Shown here: piece after piece, positions 1-12,436 of the stretch
How the letters are laid out: every line of letters begins with the position of its first letter
Position numbering within the stretch: the stretch's first letter is position 1
NCBI GenBank assembly: GCA_973895155.1
Contig: OZ316894.1
Coordinates: 867,968-931,967, forward strand
Direction: 5' to 3'
Length of the DNA stretch: 64,000 bases
From: Marsupella aquatica
Taxonomy: Eukaryota; Plantae; Marchantiophyta
Translations under genes and position numbers: made by a program
The notes under the pieces: generated by a model
The model's database searches: none
Seen by the model: the letters and a program-made list of their open reading frames with translations, nothing else
Told to the model about the DNA's origin: nothing

Positions 1-1707
1 TAAGGTGGGCAGGAGGCCGGTCATGCTGCCATTTTGTAGACGTAGGAAGATGTTCTCAAAACACTAATTCATGGCAAGTGCTTGACAAGTGACAGTAAGG
101 TGAGGATGGAGTGCGATGGAGGATGCAATGTTTGAGAATCCAGATAGGTCCAGTTTGTTATCTTGGACCCGAGAGCTTGGCATGTTTCTCAAGTCAGTCT
201 TGATGAAAGCGGAGCAACCATTGGACCTTGAAACATATGATCGTGTACTGCTACCAAATCCTGACTTTGACAAGCCTTAGGAGGAGGTGGTAAAAACAAT
301 TCAGTCAGAAGCAGATAGACACTATTCCTTTCGGTTATGTGATGGTGACTTCCCATACACAAACTCAAAATCATATGTTTTAGCGAGGATTCTTTGTGAC
401 CAGCTGGTATGCAATGCTCCTGTTAGATGGTGAAGATCATTCTCAAAGCAGATAGAGTCATGTTGCCAAGAAAGTCATGATATTCTGGAATTTATGACCA
501 CCAATCCCCGACCGTTTCTGCTGACGAAGGGGCCAAAAGCTCAAACCAGAAGATTTTGTTTCTAGAGAACAAAACAAGTTACACTTCGGGAATGGCACTG
601 CACATCAGGAACTGGTTACTCCTACACCTTTGACTATAGTGTGATTTTTTCCTATATTTGTTCGTTTGGATTTTGATTATTCGCCTCGGCACTTTCATAC
701 CCTCAACGTAACAAAGCTTCTCTTGTACATACCGTCCCGTTTCCCTCGTTGTCCAACGATTCTTGGGAGTGTTCGATAGCACCTTCATGTGTATCACTCC
801 CACTCTCGAGTGATCCGATTATTCTTCCGTGTTGAGCCTGGAGTAATCAACAAGCTTTTGAGCAGGTTTCATAGTCTTTTCTTGAAAATCTGGTGAGTTA
901 AACAACAGTGGAATTGCAAGTGAACGGCCCGTATGAAAAGATCGTTTTTAGGTTGGGACTGCCAGCTGGCTTTGAAGGAAAAGAGTACATTAACATTAAT
1001 CTGGAGAATTAAAACTTTCTACTCTTAAACCTACATTATGAAGCCGGATAAGACCTGGACATCTCCATTGGTTGGGGAGCCAAAGCGAGAGCATAAGGCT
1101 TCGTCTCTAAGTACATGCACTCGTTTTGTGTTGGTAGATTTCAATGTCGGTGGTTTTGATCGTTAAACCATTCATTTTACCATTTCCTGTCACCAACGTG
1201 ACTTTCCCCTCTAGTACCGCGTTCACTACGAGGTACTCTTGGAGATTGAAGGAGGTTAAGAACTTGCTAAATATCAAGCCAAGAGCTTTATAAGTGTCAA
1301 GAACCAACTCACATTACTTTGATCTCTGTTAAATGTTAGCAGTGAAGCTAGGCTCTCAGCGTCAACCCTCATTGTGACCAATGATTTCGTCCCGATTGTT
1401 TGTCACTGGGAGTACCTAAAGTATTCGCGATGTATTTCAGTGCCCCTTGCTCGCAAAATTGGTCAATGGATAAAATTAATCTCAGAGCCGGTCAGGGCTA
1501 GTTACAACGCCAACATGCGAATCTCAAAGTTCCTGTTAAACATTTGCCCTCCTCGATGGTTGCAAGAAAAATATCAGGAACCTAATGGTTTACAAATGTA
1601 TGCTCTTCTCTGATCAAGCAAACAACAAAAACCTCCTTGTATCTAGGCTGGCAGTGAGTACTTTTCACAGTCGCTTTCGAGCCATCGCAACACAGCTTGC
1701 AGTCTAG

Positions 1708-4700
1708 TCACCAGTAATCACCACAAGAACATACGCCATCTTTAAAATGGTGAAAGCGATTTGCATCCCTTGCTATAATCTCGCGTCCGGACACCTTAGA
1801 GATTAACTTAGTTGCTGTATGGCAATCTGTACACACCCGAAGGTTCTTCCTTACACAAATAGGTTCTGCCCGAGGTATGTGCATAAGTCCGTAGGCAATA
1901 GCCAACTTCTCACTATGTGAGCAAAGAGCTAGTTCTTTGTCCTCCTCATTGATATCATGCAACACAAGCCGTGTATCCGGAATGTAGCCTTCAGCCTTAA
2001 GTTTTTCAGTCAACTTATTGAGCTCAGTGTATATCGTCTTCGCTTCTGGATGGGATGTATCCCCTACAACAAATTCATGTATCTTGTTATCAACTTCAAT
2101 CCAGCTACGCCCTGGCTCCTTCCGAACACCTCTCTTTTGCATCATACTGCGCACCAATGAGACGTCCTTCCATTTACCAGCTGAAGCGTAGATGTTGGAG
2201 AGAAGCACATATGTAGAGGGATTACTCGGTTCCAACTTGAAAAGCTCGTTGGCAGCAAGTTCGCCCAACTCCACATTACCGTAAGTTCTACAAGCCCCAA
2301 GCAAGGCTGTCCAGGTTACGCCATCTGGTTCAACTGGCATGTCACTAATGAACCGCTTTGCTTCCTCCAATTGCCCCGCCCGCCCAAGAAGATCCACCAT
2401 ACAGGTATAATGAAGAATGTCAGGCTCGATGCCATAATCTCGCGTCATAGCTGAAAAGAGTCTACGACCGTCATCAAGAAGGCCGGTATGACAACAAGCT
2501 GACAAGACGGCCACAAATGTAGTCCCATTGGGCTTCACAAGGTCCGCACTCATCTTTCTGAAGAGTGCCAGGGCTTCATGTCCATATCCATGGTGTGCAA
2601 GTCCACCGATCATACTAGTCCATGTGACTACGTCGCGTTTCTCCATTCTGTCAAAAACTAGTCGTGCGTCATCTATACTGCCACTCTCTGCATACATGTG
2701 GACGAGTGCATTGCCAACACGCAAATCCGTCTCCAATCCCGCTTTAGTAGCCTGGCCATGAACCTCCTTCACCCAATCCAAAGGCCCCGCACTTGCGGAT
2801 GCATTCAGGATGCTCACATAAGTGACTGCATTTGGTTCAAAGCCTTCCCGTCGCATTTGGAGAAACAGTCGATATGCGTCATGCCCAAATCCATGTTGGG
2901 CAAGTCCGCCGATCATTACGGTCCACGTGAATAAATCGCGTTTCTCCATTCTGTCAAAAACCAGTCGGGCATCATCTATACTGCCACTCTTTGCATACAT
3001 GTGGATCAGTGCATTACCGACACGCAAATGCGACTCGAGTCCCGATTTGCTAGCATGTTCATGAACGTCCTTCACCCACTCCAAAGCCCCCGCACTTGCA
3101 GATGTATTCAGGATGCTCACATAAGTGATTTCATTTGGTTTGAAGCCTTCCCTTCTCATTTCGAGAAACAGTCGATATGCTTCCACACCATCACCGCGTT
3201 CTGCATGTGCTCCAATCATTATGGTCCATGTGACTATATTTCGATTACTCATATTTTCAAAAACTCGCCTTGCCTCTGTGATGCACCCACACTTCGCATA
3301 CATCTGAAGGAGGGCAGTTCCTACACGCACATCTGATTCAAAGCCGGCATGTCGAATAAAGTCGTGAACTTGTTTTCCCCATGTGAGAGCTACTGGGCTG
3401 GCACAAGCCTTCAAAATGCACAGATATGTGACCTCATTAGGCCGCTCTCCATCTTGGCGCATTAAATTGAAAAGTTCGAGTGCGGATTCAGTATCATGAC
3501 TCCTCGCATATCCCGCAATCATCATGTTCCAAATAATGACACTCTTTTCCTCCAGTTCATCAAAAACTCGCCGTGCATCCAAAAATCCCCCGCACTTGAT
3601 ATACACATTCAGGAGTGTGTTCCCCACATATGGATTCTTATTCATTCCGCTCTGCATGATGCAATCATGAACCTGCTTGGCGGCTAAAAGGTCATTGTGT
3701 TCCAAGCACATTTGCAGTGCTTTAACATACGTGTACGAGTCTGTAGTAATGCCTCGTTGTAAACGATTCTGCAAAACTGCAATTGCTTCACTCGTGGTAC
3801 CAGCGCTATGCATGTACACACTGCCATTCCCTTGTGCAGTGTCTCGAGACCAATCTCTGCTTCCATAACTGGCACGAGATTCCAATCTGCTTTGAGGAAT
3901 CGAACTGAGCCCTGCTTTCATCCATGCTGGAGTTGTCCGGCCATCCATCAAAAGTACTTTCCTGAGGAGTTCCTCAGTTATCAGGTCTTGTCTTACTGAA
4001 TTCTCAGTCACCCCTTCTTCAGAGATAGCTGAAGAATGCTCCTCTTCCTCGATACATAGAGGTAGAGACTCTCGAATCTCAAGCACATCGAATGCTGTTT
4101 TACTTCTGGTGAAATTGGCTTTGATGTCACCTACTCGTTCGAGTCCCACTTTCAAGCTGTAAGTGTTCTGTTGACGTGATTCCATCCCACCAACGACTGT
4201 AGGTGAGTCCCCGTTCTGCTCGATTATCTTTGCAGCGTCCTTCCACTTGCCTGCTCCTGCGCGAGTTTGAGGGGATGGTGCCTCCAGCTTTGCTTCATTG
4301 TTGCCATGACCCCTTGCACCTTGGAAACCATCCAAGGTTTCAGGTTCCCGTCTATACTTAGGGTGTGCTACTTGAGCTTCCCTGCTGTATGGCTCGGCAG
4401 TGATCTTCTGGAGCGTCCGTTTATTCCGAAATGTGTCGATCTCCTCCTGCACCCGTTGTTGGGACGGGGTGTAAAATTTGGCCACGCCAGCCGTCTGACT
4501 GATGACGGAGGCCACAATTCTACTTTCAGATATCCGGTCATTGTTGAGGGCCAAATGGGCACCATTTCGAGAGCTCCTGGCCTGGTCAACAACGACATTG
4601 GCCGGCTCTACTCTTGTCCCACTTTTCCCGTACGAAATTTGGGTTGCATAGCTATTTGATAGCAAATGAGCACCACCGTGAGGACGACTCCGCAATGTTT

Positions 4701-5874
4701 GATTAGAGATCACATTCTTCGGTTGCACTCCGGTTTCGATCTGCTCACTGGAATTCTGATATCTAGCAATGCTGTTTGAGCTTCTTGGGAAAGATTGTCT
4801 ACCAAGCATGTCGCTCGTTTCAAATCTTGGACCAGGTCGCCTATTATTTAGACTTGGGGCTCGGAGATCAGAACTACTCTTTCCCTCTCGCCGTGCCCTT
4901 CTGTGTTGTGAGATAGTGCTAAATGTGGGTACTGGCATAGAGCTTGCTTTCGAACCTGGATGGGGAACTGCGAGCGTCGATGATGAAGTACGTTGGTCTA
5001 AACTCCCAGGAACATTCAAGTCCCGGGTCTTGCTCTGATCTAAGCTCGCGGAAGGAAATTGAGGCTCAAGTACAGTGTGGAGCTGGTTGACTAGAAAGTT
5101 TCCTGGGGGTCGATGACATAGGTCCAACGGTCTATTGAAAGACTCTACAACGGCTGTCTTCGGTTTCCTGGTGGGATGCAAGTTGCGTGTGTCCTTAAAC
5201 TTTTCTCCCGGCAATGGCCTATTCTGTTTCAGCGCTCTGTCATCTCCATGAAAAGAAGTTGGGACACGCTTCACACAAAAACTTTCATTTTGTAATTTAT
5301 AGTCCAGGAGAATCACCTGTTGCCGCCGACGCCTTAAAAACGAAAAATGCAGCTTAAAAGTTAGAGCGACGGAAACTGGTGGGCAATGCTCTACAGTCAG
5401 AAGCGATCAAGGAATGTTTGCATTTGAGAAACTTTTTAGGAAAGGGAAGGGAAGCAATTCTTAGATTTCAACATGTGGGAAAATTTTCGAAGTATAGGAA
5501 CAGACGAACGAGAACTAAAATCTAAACGAATATCACAACAAGCACGCAGTAATGTACCATTACTTTAAGAAGGACAGAAACTGAAAAATAACTGAAAACA
5601 ATTACAATGTGCTTAAGAACCTTGGGATCGACCTGATGGTATGCGAGGAATCCAGCCGAAGCCGTCGACAGGGCGGGAAGTGGGAAAAGAGAATGGGGGA
5701 GCAGGAGGTGGAGGCAGAGGGGAGGTACGGGGCCTGCTGCTGTTGGGCCTGCTGCTGTTGCAAAATCTGCAACGGCGGCCCCAAACCCGGCAGGATTAGA
5801 CTGCTCCATTTCATCACGTCACTCGTAGCAACCCCTCGCCACCACACTTCCCTCAATGGACCCGCTCTCGCCAT
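1708..5874 (-). CDS. PLS-class PPR protein with E1/E2 and DYW cytidine deaminase domain (organellar C-to-U editing factor), copy 1; exons 5874-5633 and 5332-1708, about 1288 aa
   Basis: 14 L/S/P repeats, E1/E2, PG box KEPGRSW, HSEKLA, CTDCH and C-terminal DYW. The ORF-track start at 5316 is a GTG. ATG at 5874 (MARAGPLREVWWRG) splices AG|GT at 5633/5632 to TTTTTAAG|G at 5333/5332 in phase 2 and restores the frame; the same junction is conserved in the paralogue. Confidence 0.93.
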
Positions 5875-8845
5875 TTTCCCCTTCTCTTTCTCCCCTCTAC
5901 TCCCTCCGACCTCCTCCTCCACTGCTTCGTCCGCCACGCCACTGCTCGAAGATCACCGCTGGCTCCCCACTTTCCCCTTCCACCCAGTCCATTCCGCCCT
6001 AATGCAACCCAATCTAAAGTACTCCAATACAATAGAATCTCGGGGCCCGCGTGCTAGCTCGATCTCCCGCTCGCCTTCGATGACACTCGTCAAGCTGATA
6101 ATTAAACCCACAACATTTCTTCAGTCAGACCGTCCTCCTCTGAGACATGTGATGACTCGCCTTTACCAACCACTCCATTGCTACATCGGCAGGAATTTTG
6201 TCAGCCATTTCATGTCTTCCCCTTTGTCCGCCTCGTTTCCGCCACGCTGCTGCTGCTCTACGTGAGGTGATTGCGGTGGCTGTGGTTGCGAGGAGGAGGA
6301 ACCGTGAGAAGGCGCCAATATTAAACCTTGATCTATCACTCGAATTTCCTTGCTCAAACCTTGATCTGTCACTTGGAATTGAACTAGACAAGGGACTGCA
6401 CAGAGAAGGAAGGCCAATGGTAAGGCATGTTTTTTTCATATAATTTTCTATTAAAAAAGTTCACTAATCTTTCCCGAAAGGTCTTCTCATTGAGGCATCC
6501 AGCTATCTCTCTTGACCTTTTGCTTAAGATCAAATGTCCAGCTCTCTTTTAGAATCAGTTCCATAACTTCACGTTGTCTCTGGCTGATTGCACGGTTTGA
6601 AGGACTGAGAAAGCAATGTCATCTTTGCCAAGACTTAATGTTTTGCGCTTGAGGTTGGTAAATCAAAACAACGCACGTCTTTCCTTTGTAGCTGTTGCTA
6701 CTTCTAGTCCAGAGTGACAATCCAGTAATGCGGCTCTCTCTTTGAGTTTGTGATCCAAAAAGTTTGCTTCCTTTTCGAAATACAACTGGACTGCAATCAC
6801 CCCTTGACTGAAGCTGACGTTGGTGACGTAAAGATGTGATGATGATGGCAGCCCAATTTAGATGGAAGGTTATTCCAATGACGATGTGAGCCAGGTTCAT
6901 GATCATGAAGTATTCCCAAAAGTTACTATGGAATTGTCCTAAAATTGGTCAGAAAGGATAACGAGATCAGGGGATACTATACTGCCCTGATCTAAACGTA
7001 ACGACAAGGCAATTAGGAGTTATTGAGAAGTAAGGGCAGCATCACTCTTACTGCTCTGTGGCTCCACACTTAGGAAGTCAGATATTCAAAATCTATAATC
7101 ACATTCTGGCATTGCGATGAGCTCTTTTGGTTAAACCTATCTATTAAAAGAATTCACCAGGATCTCAACAGCAACAACTCTTTAAAAACTTGATTTAAAT
7201 TTATAACTGATTAAGCAAATTGAAATTCTACCAATCTTCATGTCATGTTCAACTGAGTTTAATCCAACCAACCTAACATGCCAACTTGTTATCTTTTAGA
7301 ATTTTGCTCTTGTAAAAAATCTGTTGTATAATAAGCGGGGTTTATTATCAAAAATCTTAGTAATTATGTGTAATCTAAAATATATATTTTTGATAAAAAT
7401 TAACTAAATTTTCAGAAAATATATAAGACAATAAAAAATATTATAAATTCATGTTTATAAATTATTCTCTAATATGTAATTTTTATAAAATAAAATAAAT
7501 TATTAATATTAAAAATATAAATTTTTTTAAAAAAAATTCTTTATAAAATAGGTCTATTCATATTAGGCTAAGATCCAAATCTTTAATCCTTCCATAAAAT
7601 TTTTAAATTACTCAAAATTTTAAAAACTATAATCATACAAATGAAATTAAAATTCTACTTGAAAAACTATCAGACTTAGACAAATGACTAAACTAGCCTA
7701 AAAGTCTTTCAATATGCTGGATATGGTCCTTCAAAACTCAATTTCAGTGAGATGCAGTTCCATTGTCTGTCTTATCAGCATGGGTAAGTAATAAAAAAGT
7801 GAAGAGCAAAGAAGTTCTAGAGATTGTTTTGTTCTTTACTAGCGGGTCACAGATTTAGACTGATCCAGTTTTCAGTGCGATTTGGATGTCAAGACATCAA
7901 ATCCAGCTTCAGTGCAAACGAAATGTATTCATTCATTTAGAGTTATCCAGTCATCAGTCATCAACGTAAGCATCTTCTTTAAATAAGTCAAAGGCCTGTT
8001 GAATAAGAACACAGGCATATTTCTAACACCCTATCTTCTCTTATAGTTCTCAAAATTGCATTTGAAAACCCTAATGTTCTTCTACATAAATTTAAAAGTA
8101 TTATTCTCAATCCAATAAACAAACACTATATTTACTTTTGCGTGATGCGTAGAAAGGAAATAAGTGAGGACCCCGGGACTTCATTATTTTTTATTTTAGG
8201 AAAAAATAATTTCCAAAATTGGTGTATTTTCCAAAACATATTACATGACAAATGTCACAATTGTATTGGCTCATCTAGCATTGTCCTATTAATCCACATA
8301 TAAAATGCCTTCAAAATACTTAATCTATTTATTTAAATATATATGTGATACTTCATATAATGACATATTGCCAACCTTGGAGCAAGCTTTGGTAGGCATA
8401 TTAAATATTCATTTTAGAGTAATGTTGTGATAGCACCCTAAAGTGATAAGGGCAAAGAGTGGAGGCTCCTCTAATTTTCCAGAATTTTGGCTCAAATTTG
8501 GGAGTTCAGTTCTTTTACCTGCGGCTATACAAGTCTTTTGATCTCGTAGCATCATTAACAAAAGCTAGTGATTTGGAGATGTAAATACATATTTAACTCA
8601 TAAATACCTAGATCAACATTATGTATAGCAAGGCTTGGTTGCTTATGTCCAAAACTTATATTTTAAAAATATAAGTCTTCTTCAGAACCGGCCATTGAAT
8701 CTGAACAATAAGACATTGACATGATATGAAAACAGACAAAGACAGCCACAAACGCAAGTTATAACAAAACAAAACACAAATTAAAACAAATCACAAGCAG
8801 AACCAAATCCTCGGTTGACACAAATTGTAGCAACACAGGCAGCGA

Positions 8846-9030
8846 CAGAGGAAGAGCACTTGTTGATTGATCTCAATAGAGCGAACAAACAAAAAAACAA
8901 ACATCAACCACAGAGGAAGAGCACTTCTGATCGATCTCAACAGAGCGAACAAAGGAAAGACAAAAGGCAGCAACAGAAGAAGAACACTTGTGATCGATCT
9001 CAACAGAACAAACAAAGGAAATACAAACCT
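8846..9030. repeat. Three degenerate tandem copies of a ~65-bp unit
   Basis: GAAGAGCACTT..TGATCGATCTCAACAGAGCGAACAAA occurs three times with minor variation. Confidence 0.8.
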
Positions 9031-10119
9031 GAGCACACACATCAATGGATTGAGACTTTATTTTCTGCGTTCTCCTTGAAGAGAACCGACAGATAAACTT
9101 AGAAATCACACCCCGATAAACATCAGGTCCAATTGTTACTAATGCACATACCCTTTAAAAATATATCATAGATCCATACATAAATCCCATACACATATCA
9201 ATATTGTTACTCCGCAGATCGCTCGTGAACTCACAGAGCTTTATGTGCTTTAAACAATAAATCTTACATAGCATCATCAACGCAAAGCACTATCGATATC
9301 TTCAGTAGCTGGTATTTACCATATAGTTAGTGTGAGCAACGCCTGTCTGTTAGACTACATCCAGTACATTCAAATGCACATAGGATTGCAAGGTGACGGA
9401 CAGCATACTCAAATGTCAAGCCAGGGACTCTGAGCATAGGCCATATTTTTTCCCTAGGGATCATGTGACCGAAATGATCCACATACCCAGTGCCTTCATT
9501 CAAGCCCCGTCACCACTCAGAAATAAAACATAAATGTCGTGATTTCATGTCCCATGTTTCTGTAGCGTTGTCCGGATGGCTAGGGGAAACATGGTCTAGG
9601 AAAAAACGAGTCACATCACCATTTTAGCCATTGGCCATATTCTAATTGATTACAATCAAAATGTCAGAGTATAAGACGAAAGTAAATGTTACCCTCTCAT
9701 GCATCAGGGCAGATCACCTTTTTAGTTTTGTCACCCATGGTATTCCAATCAGAACTTGTACAGACCGCAGTAGTCCCCCTCCCACGAGTGGTGCTCAGTG
9801 TTGAGCCACGATTCCCACCAGGCTGCAAAGTGTCGTTCGTAGAGCTTCCAGAACATGTAGGAGCAGTGTACAGTGTATGCACTATTTACAGAAGGAGAAT
9901 TTTTCTCAACATAGATTGCACACAGGGATGTGGTGCCTTACTGAGCAGCGCAGGAGTAGTAGCGTCGTTGCTTTGGCGGCGCTTTTAGGGTAAGTCTCCC
10001 AAGTCCCTTTCTTGGGACAAGTATCTATTTGGTGGTCCCCAATATTCCTGAGTTATTTATGAAGACAAGGTCTCATGGGCTATATTGGTCTGGGGGTTAT
10101 CCCTCCTAGAAATGAAGAT

Positions 10120-10122
<3 letters not shown>

Positions 10123-10159
<37 letters not shown>
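10123..10159. repeat. (AG)n microsatellite
   Basis: Direct read. Confidence 0.97.
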
Positions 10160-10163
<4 letters not shown>

Positions 10164-10379
10164 TGAACCTTAAACCACCACTATCATGACAAACCTGGTT
10201 ACACCAGGTGACACCATAACCATAATTTACACGAATATGGACACAAACATGACAGTCCCTTTTTGTTTTCTAGAAAACCTGTTATGTCCTGTTTGTCACC
10301 ATCCTCGCTGATGTGGCGCATCCTCATGCTAGGGAATTTGGAAAGGACCCCTCATGGGGGTCTATAAATACATGTGAAG

Positions 10380-12020
10380 GATGAGGGAGAGAATGCTCTC
10401 CCTCCAACATATATCCCTAAGGGGAGCTGAGATGAGTGGGCCTAATCGAAATAGATTTTAGCATCATGTAATCAAGGTTAACATATCCTAGTAAGGTCAA
10501 ACTAATAGTGGTGGACCTTGCTACTCAGCGCCATCACCAATCCCAGCACTCATGCCTAAGTGCCCTTGGTGCCCTAACGCCTCCACGGAATACCTCGAGC
10601 AAGCACCCTAGTGCCCTTTGCACCACCCGCGGCCCCTCCCATACGAAGCCGCACTTGCTCACCTACACGACCGCTACTCAACGGCTCTCACTATCTGCAC
10701 AAGCAACCAAGCACCTCGGTAAGTAACCCTTAAAGATCTAGAACTTGCCAAGTATAGCATCCTAACTCAAGCTCAACAGATATTGGTAAATAACTCAGCG
10801 ATAGGTCCTCTTGATGTCATAAGCCGGAACCAAAACCCACGCCCACTGTTTGTCCGGAACAGCTCCTTCGTTGGGCGCGGCCCGGGTTCCCCCTCGTACC
10901 TATCCATCACCAACTGACCGCCCTGACCTCAGGACATGCTCATGGCCCAATTAGCGTAGCTTGTCCTAAGCTTGTCCCAACACGCTGAGACCAGAACGGC
11001 CCCGCCTCAAGCAACCAACTCCCGGATCGCCCCACTGATGGTCTAGGGGCCGGACACTCTTGGGGCTCAACCTCCACACCTACTTGGCCTTGCCTCCCCA
11101 ACGCAAGTTCCCTTGGGAGACTGAACGCGGCTTGGCTGCTGTTCGACAGGATTTGGCAAACGGGCGAGTTAACACCCGCAAACCCTGAGAACCCACGGCG
11201 CCCGTAGACCCAGTTGAGCTCATGAGAGCGTAACCCTCCTCAAGAGCTTTCCAACGCACCCAAGAAGTCTTCCAACGAATTTCCCGTTGGGAAGATATCG
11301 CCATTTCCGTTTGACAATTTTCCTTAGTGTCGTGATCGCCGCGGCTCATTACTTCGGCTCGCCCTTAGCCTCCAGGGAGACACCACTCCCCTCATATATG
11401 CTTCTGGAGACCTGCCACCCCCGGACCAGTTTTGGTCCCTAAACATTTGGCCCCCAACCCGAATCCTATCTCGCATAATGGGCGCGCCACCAACTGGCAA
11501 TGCCCATAACTTTCCTGTTAGGCATCCGTAAACAAAGTGCCTTAGCCCGTTGTAATCGGGCCAACCCAGTGCTCATGCCTAGGCCCTCAGGTCTGATTGC
11601 CGCTCGGGGCCCCCAACCGGCCCAACCCGGATCGGGCCATAACTTGCGCCCCAAGGGTCCGTTGCCCATGGCGTCAACTCCATTGGCCTTGGGCCCAAGA
11701 GGAGCTCACACTCAAGCCCCCAGAACTCAAAGTCCATCCGGCGGTCCGGACAGTCATCCTTGAGCCCGGCTCATTTGACTCGACCAGCTATCAACTAGTC
11801 CAAGTCTTTGGTGTGTGTCCCCAGCTTGGCTCTTTGTCTCGCTAGTGTCACGTCTCATTGCCCACAAATCTCCCCATGCTAAGTCCTCCCCGGATGACCT
11901 ATCCAAGCCTGGACCATAAGGGAGCTCGACGTCGGAGTCAGCGACGCCGGAACTAAGTGTTAAGGTAATCGAGTTCCGCGACTCTAACTAAAGTCGGGAA
12001 CTTGAATCAATTCCTAACAA
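10380..12020. mobile_element. GC-rich degenerate transposon-like island (possible LTR-element remnant)
   Basis: Sharp GC increase, only short unrecognisable ORFs, right end bounded by a TGTTA...TAACA foldback with a PBS-like CGGCGTCGCTG next to it on the minus strand. Confidence 0.3.
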
Positions 12021-12255
12021 TCAGGAGGGTTTAAGGCCAAACCTGACTCATTAATCATATCCACACAACAAGTAAAACGATTGATAGTTAACACTTTGGT
12101 GAACATGTCTCCTACATGCTCCTTTGAAACCACCGTCTCTAGAAGCATCTGTTTCATCTCAATCAAATGTCAAATGAAACTTCACGAATGAAATGATAAC
12201 AAATATTAATGTGCGACAGGGAGAAATGAGGCAGCTGGGAGACCACCAGATGCAC

Positions 12256-12436
12256 CCAATGAATGCAAGTGAAAGAACTCACAACTGGTTTGAGAAGAAC
12301 AATCAATCTGGCAATTAAGCTCTACCATTCCCACCATCGCCAAGCATCCAATGAATGCAAGTGAAAGCACTCAACAACTGGTTTGAGAAGAACAATCAGT
12401 CTAGCAATTAAGCTCTACCATTCCACCATTGCCAAG
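12256..12436. repeat. Tandem duplication of ~90 bp
   Basis: CCAATGAATGCAAGTGAAAG...GCAATTAAGCTCTACCATTC occurs twice. Confidence 0.9.

Noticed and set aside
1-560. Possible LINE ORF2 C-terminal remnant on the minus strand (PK..GFG..FKVQWLLRF)
   Set aside because: Motif pieces lie in three frames and are too short to support.
1957-5038. Many plus-strand ORFs overlapping the PPR genes (also 13875-16130)
   Set aside because: Antisense shadows of repetitive PPR coding sequence.
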